Shown: one piece after another, positions 60,064-64,000 of the stretch
How the letters are laid out: every line of letters starts with the position of its first letter
Numbering within the stretch: the stretch's first letter is position 1
NCBI GenBank assembly: GCA_040005235.1
Contig: JBDTZG010000002.1
Coordinates: forward strand, 96,001 to 160,000
DNA: 64,000 nt
Origin: Acidobacteriota bacterium
Lineage (GTDB): Bacteria > Acidobacteriota > Thermoanaerobaculia > Multivoradales > UBA5704
Reading direction: 5' to 3'
Program-made: the position numbers and the translations under genes
Notes under the pieces: model-generated
The model's input: only the letters and a program-made list of their open reading frames with translations
Databases searched by the model: none
Told to the model about the DNA's origin: nothing

Positions 60064-60281
60064 GACGGATTCCTTCGGGTATAGCGCTCGCCCGGAAAGC
60101 TCAGAAGGCCCCCGCGGCAAGTCATGGGTTTGTGGATGAGGCGCCGGACCCGGCGCCTGGATGAGAGCGATGTACGGAGTCCTCTTGCCAAGGTTGCATG
60201 GTGATTTCAGATGGTTTCGTTCGAGCCTTCGCGCGGGTCCAAGAGAGGGGTAGTCTTGGGATACACCTTCGGAGGTCCCTC

Positions 60282-61682
60282 ATGCGTTCCCCTCTGCTCT
60301 GCTCGATCGCCCTGCTGCTCGGGCTGACTTCCTTCGCCTTCGCCTTCGCCGACCAGCCCGCGAAAACGCTCCCTCTCGCGCAGAACGGGATCGCCCTACT
60401 CGCCCAGCCGCAGGACGACGGCTGGGATGTCCGCTTTCTGCTCGCCCACGTCCTCGACGGCACGCGAATTCGTTACCGCCGGCTCGGCGCAGACGACTGG
60501 AAGGAGCTTCTGGCGGCGAACGATCTGGCTGGGCCGCTCGACCTCGGGACGATCGGCACCGGCGAGCAGGTGGTCGAGGTCGAGCTCTTCGATCCGGAAA
60601 AGGAAAAGGTGACGGCGGGTCCCTTTCGGCTGTCGTTCGATCCTGAGAAGGAGCGGATCCGGCAAGTCCGGTACCTCCTGGAGCAGGCGGTGCCGAGCGG
60701 CTGGGTCGCTTTCAACGAATCCACCGAGGAGCAGATCTACGCCTACTTCGGCACCGTGTGGAGCCGCAAAGAGGCCCTCCGGTCGATCCGCTACTCGCTG
60801 GACGATTGCAATCTCGATTCGACGCCAGTGGCGCCGGGCTACTTCCCGATCACCAGCCGGTTCACCTACCTCTGCATGCAGTTGGTCTACGCGGACGGCG
60901 TGGTGACCCCGCCGCGAATTTTCTTCCAGCACCGTCCGGCCGCCACGGAGCATCCCCGCCGCCCGCCCGCGCCGGATACCCTGCCGGTTGCACCGGTGCG
61001 GCTCGAAAGCGAACGCTCCAACAGCGGCTGGTCGCTGTCTTTCCAGGCTGAGGATGAGGACTCGGTCGCCGAGTATCGCTATCGACTCGAAACCGACTCC
61101 GAATGGCGGTCGGGCGGCGAGCTCCCTTGGACGAACCCAGCGACGGGCCGCAGGGCGGGCAATCCGAAGATCGCTCTCGATCCCCTCCGGGTGATGTTCG
61201 GACCCCAACGGATCGAAGTCGAGCTCGTCGGCTGGGACGGAGTCGTTTCAAGGCCCTATGCCCTCTGGTTCGATCCCGACGCAGAGGTGCTCTCGATCGC
61301 CAAGACCACCTTCGCCGATTCGGATCAGGAATGGGGCATTTTCGGCGACGGGGACGACCAAGATTTCTTCTACTTCGCCGTCTTCGGGGTGCGGGATGCC
61401 TTGCGCGAAATCCGCTATTCGGTCGACGACTGCGCCGTCGGAAAAAGGTTTGAGTTTCCCCCCTGGAACGACGTCGCCGATTCGCCCCCGGAACCGGATG
61501 TCACCTCGATCCGGCTGCCGAAGGCGACGGCCTTCGTCTGCGTTCAGCTGGTCCTTACGGATGGCACAGTGACCGAGATCCGGAAATTCAACCACGCCAC
61601 AGAGGAGGAGGAAGAGTTCGTGGCGCCGGGTGAGGAGGGCCCGCCGGTTCACGGGGTCTCCAAAACGCTGCGTCGGCCTTAG
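60282..61682 (+). CDS. Secreted protein with two internal repeats
   Basis: GGAGG RBS; ALRSIRYSLDDC/ALREIRYSVDDC and LCMQLVYADG/VCVQLVLTDG pairs. Confidence 0.75.
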   Translation: MRSPLLCSIALLLGLTSFAFAFADQPAKTLPLAQNGIALLAQPQDDGWDVRFLLAHVLDGTRIRYRRLGADDWKELLAANDLAGPLDLGTIGTGEQVVEVELFDPEKEKVTAGPFRLSFDPEKERIRQVRYLLEQAVPSGWVAFNESTEEQIYAYFGTVWSRKEALRSIRYSLDDCNLDSTPVAPGYFPITSRFTYLCMQLVYADGVVTPPRIFFQHRPAATEHPRRPPAPDTLPVAPVRLESERSNSGWSLSFQAEDEDSVAEYRYRLETDSEWRSGGELPWTNPATGRRAGNPKIALDPLRVMFGPQRIEVELVGWDGVVSRPYALWFDPDAEVLSIAKTTFADSDQEWGIFGDGDDQDFFYFAVFGVRDALREIRYSVDDCAVGKRFEFPPWNDVADSPPEPDVTSIRLPKATAFVCVQLVLTDGTVTEIRKFNHATEEEEEFVAPGEEGPPVHGVSKTLRRP

Positions 61683-61762
61683 ACTCACCCCATGGCCAAA
61701 ACTGAATTGACGCTACGCGGTGGGAATTTGGAACCCAGGTGCGGTCATATATGATCCAGGGT

Positions 61763-62002
61763 ATGCAAGCCTCCGATGCCATCATCGAAGAAGCCCTCAA
61801 GCTGCCGGAAGGCGAACGAGCCCGGGTTGCCCTCCGCTTGTCTGAGAGTCTTTCAGGGACGCCCGACATCCGTGCCGAAAAGGCTTGGGCCGGCGAGATC
61901 GCGCGGCGGATCGCTCGGTTGCACGAGGGTACGGCCCAGACGGTGACTGCCGACGAGGCGCTTTCGCGGGCTCGCGCCAGACTCGCCGCGCGTCGTGCTT
62001 GA
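61763..62002 (+). CDS. Addiction-module antitoxin component
   Basis: EEALKLPEGERA.VA..L.ESL...AW..EI.RR. Confidence 0.8.
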   Translation: MQASDAIIEEALKLPEGERARVALRLSESLSGTPDIRAEKAWAGEIARRIARLHEGTAQTVTADEALSRARARLAARRA

Positions 62003-62315
62003 CCTCCTTGATGCCGCCAGCTTCGAGCTTTCCGATGCGAGCGACTGGTATGAGGGCCGAGCGGAAGGTTTAGGAGGTCGCTTCCTCGACGAAGCGCGGA
62101 ACGCCTTCTCTTTGATCGAAGAGTATCCGGCACTCGGTGGCCCCTGGCTGTTGGAGGGTGTCCCTCCCGGTGTTCGTCACTTCCCGTTGCAAACGTTCCC
62201 CTACTCGATCGTCTACGTCCTGGAGCCGCGAGTCGTGGTGATTGCGGTGGCCAATGCGAGCCAAGAGCCAAAATATTGGATCGATCGTCTCGACGACATC
62301 GGCCGCATGTCCTGA
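61995..62315 (+). CDS. RelE/ParE-family toxin
   Basis: EL..A.DWYE...GLG.RF, FPYSIVY, VIAVA...P.YW. Confidence 0.8.
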   Translation: MLDLLDAASFELSDASDWYEGRAEGLGGRFLDEARNAFSLIEEYPALGGPWLLEGVPPGVRHFPLQTFPYSIVYVLEPRVVVIAVANASQEPKYWIDRLDDIGRMS

Positions 62316-62361
62316 GGCACGGTCGACCTGAACCGCCCTCCCCAACGGGGAGGATTACGTT

Positions 62362-62415
62362 AGCCCAGGGCAACGCCCTGGGTTCTAAGGCGGCCCAAGC
62401 CAATCGAGCCCTGAA
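62362..62415. repeat. REP-like palindromes
   Basis: AGCCCAGGGCAACGCCCTGGGT hairpin, followed by GCCCTGAATGGGC. Confidence 0.5.
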
Positions 62416-62486
62416 TGGGCGGCAGAGGGCCAAGGAGAAGCTGGAGTAGTCTCCAAAATCGCGGCGCCAGGGCGTAGACTTACCGA

Positions 62487-62834
62487 GTGACCAAGACCGA
62501 ATTGGCGCTGCAGGCGCTCGCTCTACCCATCGAAGAACAACTCGACCTGGCACAGGAGATCTGGGAGAACGTATCCCCTCCCCCGGATTTGCGTTTGTCG
62601 GATGACCTGCGTGATCTCCTCGAGGAAAGGCGGGCAGAGGCTCTTGCGCATCCGGAAGATGCGGTTCCGTGGGAGGAGGTCCGAGCAAGGCTCCTCGGCC
62701 ATCCGGCGCGTAAGGAAGGCCACCGCCTGATCGTTGAACCGAAGCCCCGGCCGTCGCTGCTCGAGCTCTTGGCGACCTGGGAGCCACTCGATGAGGAGTT
62801 CCCGGAGCTCGATGGCCTCAATGACCAAAACTGA
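62487..62834 (+). CDS. Chimeric antitoxin: addiction-module component fused to a VapB-like C-terminus
   Basis: QALALP.EEQL.L...IWE...VPWEEVRARL, then RKEGHRLIVEP...SLLELLATWEPLDEEFP. Confidence 0.6.
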   Translation: MTKTELALQALALPIEEQLDLAQEIWENVSPPPDLRLSDDLRDLLEERRAEALAHPEDAVPWEEVRARLLGHPARKEGHRLIVEPKPRPSLLELLATWEPLDEEFPELDGLNDQN

Positions 62835-63063
62835 ATTGACGCTGCAAGCCGAACCTTCCGCTGAAACCAGGGCGGAATGGCTCGCCGAATTCGAGGCGGC
62901 AGCTCGAAGACCGCTTGCGACCCGCCTGCGCTACGCTTTTATTCACACCTATAAGCCGGTGCTCGACGACGAGCCCTATCGCTCCTTCGAGACGATGGCT
63001 GAGTACCGCGCCTGGTGCGCCGAAAACCTACCCGCTTGGCTTGGCTATGGCCCGGCGGTTTGA
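62821..63063 (+). CDS. Small partner protein of nucleotidyltransferase
   Basis: YRSFETMAEYRAWC...LPAWLGY; overlaps next gene. Confidence 0.65.
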   Translation: MTKTELTLQAEPSAETRAEWLAEFEAAARRPLATRLRYAFIHTYKPVLDDEPYRSFETMAEYRAWCAENLPAWLGYGPAV

Positions 63064-63496
63064 ATACACCCAGGCCGAGGAAATCCGGGACGCTTTTGCG
63101 GCCCACGGCGTTCGTTACCTCTTCCTGGGCAAGTCGGGAGCGATCCTTCTCGGCTATCCGGATACCACGCAGGACGCGGACCTGTTTCTTGAGAAGAGCG
63201 AGGTGAATGGAGCCGCCGTTACTGCCGCGCTCCGCCAGTTGGGTTTCGAGCTGACGGACGAAAAGGAAGCCGAGATTCGCCGGGGCAAGGATTTCATCCA
63301 GCTCAAGAACGGCCCCTTCGACCTCGATCTCATCTTCGCGCCCGACGGAATTGCAGATTTCAATCGCGCATGGTCACGGCGGGTTGTCGTCGAGGGTTTC
63401 CCCGTTTGCCATCCGGACGACATCATCGCGAGCAATCGAGAGGTTCTTCCTCGCTTGCGTGCTTTTCGGGATTACTGGCTCGAACGTAAGGAGTAA
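63047..63496 (+). CDS. Nucleotidyltransferase-family protein
   Basis: YLFLGKSGAILLGYPDTTQDADLF; the C-terminal Lys/Asp motif expected after IIAS appears missing. Confidence 0.7.
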   Translation: MARRFEYTQAEEIRDAFAAHGVRYLFLGKSGAILLGYPDTTQDADLFLEKSEVNGAAVTAALRQLGFELTDEKEAEIRRGKDFIQLKNGPFDLDLIFAPDGIADFNRAWSRRVVVEGFPVCHPDDIIASNREVLPRLRAFRDYWLERKE

Positions 63497-63515
63497 GAGA
63501 CGTCGGGTTGCCGCC

Positions 63516-64000
63516 TTATGGTTCCACGCGCCAGCTCATCACGCGGGTTTCAAAATCATAAAGTACCTCGATTTCGTGCCGCAGCGCGCCGCGCCAAGTT
63601 TCAGTGCGCGGCTCGGCGAGCCACTCTCGGACTGCGGGTATTCCATTGGCGCCGAGGGCGGCGCGGACGGTCGCCTTGAGACCACTCGGCACGGGGTAGA
63701 CGGTAAGCCCCCAACGCTCTCCAAATTCCGCGCTCTGTAGGTTCGGGCTGCCTGAGACGCCGGGGCGGCGGTTTGTGAACCAGGCGGATAGGACCGGCTG
63801 TGGATCTATTTCGGACACGCCGGACTTGTCGGGGCGCGTATCGGCCCAGAGATTGGGCACTCCGGAGAACGAGACGGTTAGCGCCTCGAACTGGGAGACT
63901 CCCGCGAGCGCCTCACTCAATTGTTCCGCGCCGATCGGGTGGGAGAGATCACGGGCGATCGGCTGGCGGTAGCGGATCGGGATCAGCGGCGGAGCCGGTT
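63516..64000 (-). CDS. Hypothetical protein, probably starting at or beyond window end
   Basis: Frame stays open upstream of the TTG call (LIPIRYRQPIARDLSHPIGAEQLSEAL...). Confidence 0.55.
   Translation of the reverse strand, partial: PAPPLIPIRYRQPIARDLSHPIGAEQLSEALAGVSQFEALTVSFSGVPNLWADTRPDKSGVSEIDPQPVLSAWFTNRRPGVSGSPNLQSAEFGERWGLTVYPVPSGLKATVRAALGANGIPAVREWLAEPRTETWRGALRHEIEVLYDFETRVMSWRVEP

Larger units (their letters stand above)
61692..62846 (+). repeat. Three copies of an M(T/A)KTEL(T/A)L start segment
   Basis: ATGGCCAAAACTGAATTGACGCT (61692), GTGACCAAGACCGAATTGGCGCT (62487), ATGACCAAAACTGAATTGACGCT (62821). Confidence 0.8.

Overview
GC-rich bacterial DNA. An Acidobacteriota (possibly Thermoanaerobaculia-like) origin is inferred from the GWxTD/VWA protein and the KKKLxLxRET-leader peptides. 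All family calls are from motif recognition; no database search was run. Positions 1-10.8 kb and 61.7-63.5 kb are toxin-antitoxin (TA) mosaics. They contain intact modules (MenA1/MenT1-like, UPF0175/DUF3368, AbrB/VapC, addiction-module antitoxin/RelE-ParE) and many antitoxins whose toxins survive only as frameshifted, internally deleted or few-codon stubs, interleaved with duplicated gene ends. The middle of the window holds housekeeping-type genes: ABC exporter, Ku, Fic, AI-2E transporter, smpB, DUF4390/NtrY-like kinase, a surface-glycosylation cluster, peptide deformylase, osmoprotectant ABC transporter, 5'-3' exonuclease, GWxTD-VWA protein, penicillin acylase and UbiD-family decarboxylase. 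The most unusual signals are: (1) a probably non-coding array of 13 CCC-N6-GGG palindromes spaced 20-21 bp apart (about two helical turns) upstream of a small helical-protein gene; (2) a 20-bp tandem array followed by an inverted degenerate copy; (3) two orphan Cys-rich RiPP-like precursors; (4) a DsbA-family gene followed by a secreted 6-Cys peptide; (5) a Ser/Thr kinase, GAF-type sigma-54 activator and sigma-54 promoter module in front of secreted proteins. No rRNA, tRNA, CRISPR array or intact integrase/transposase was recognised.
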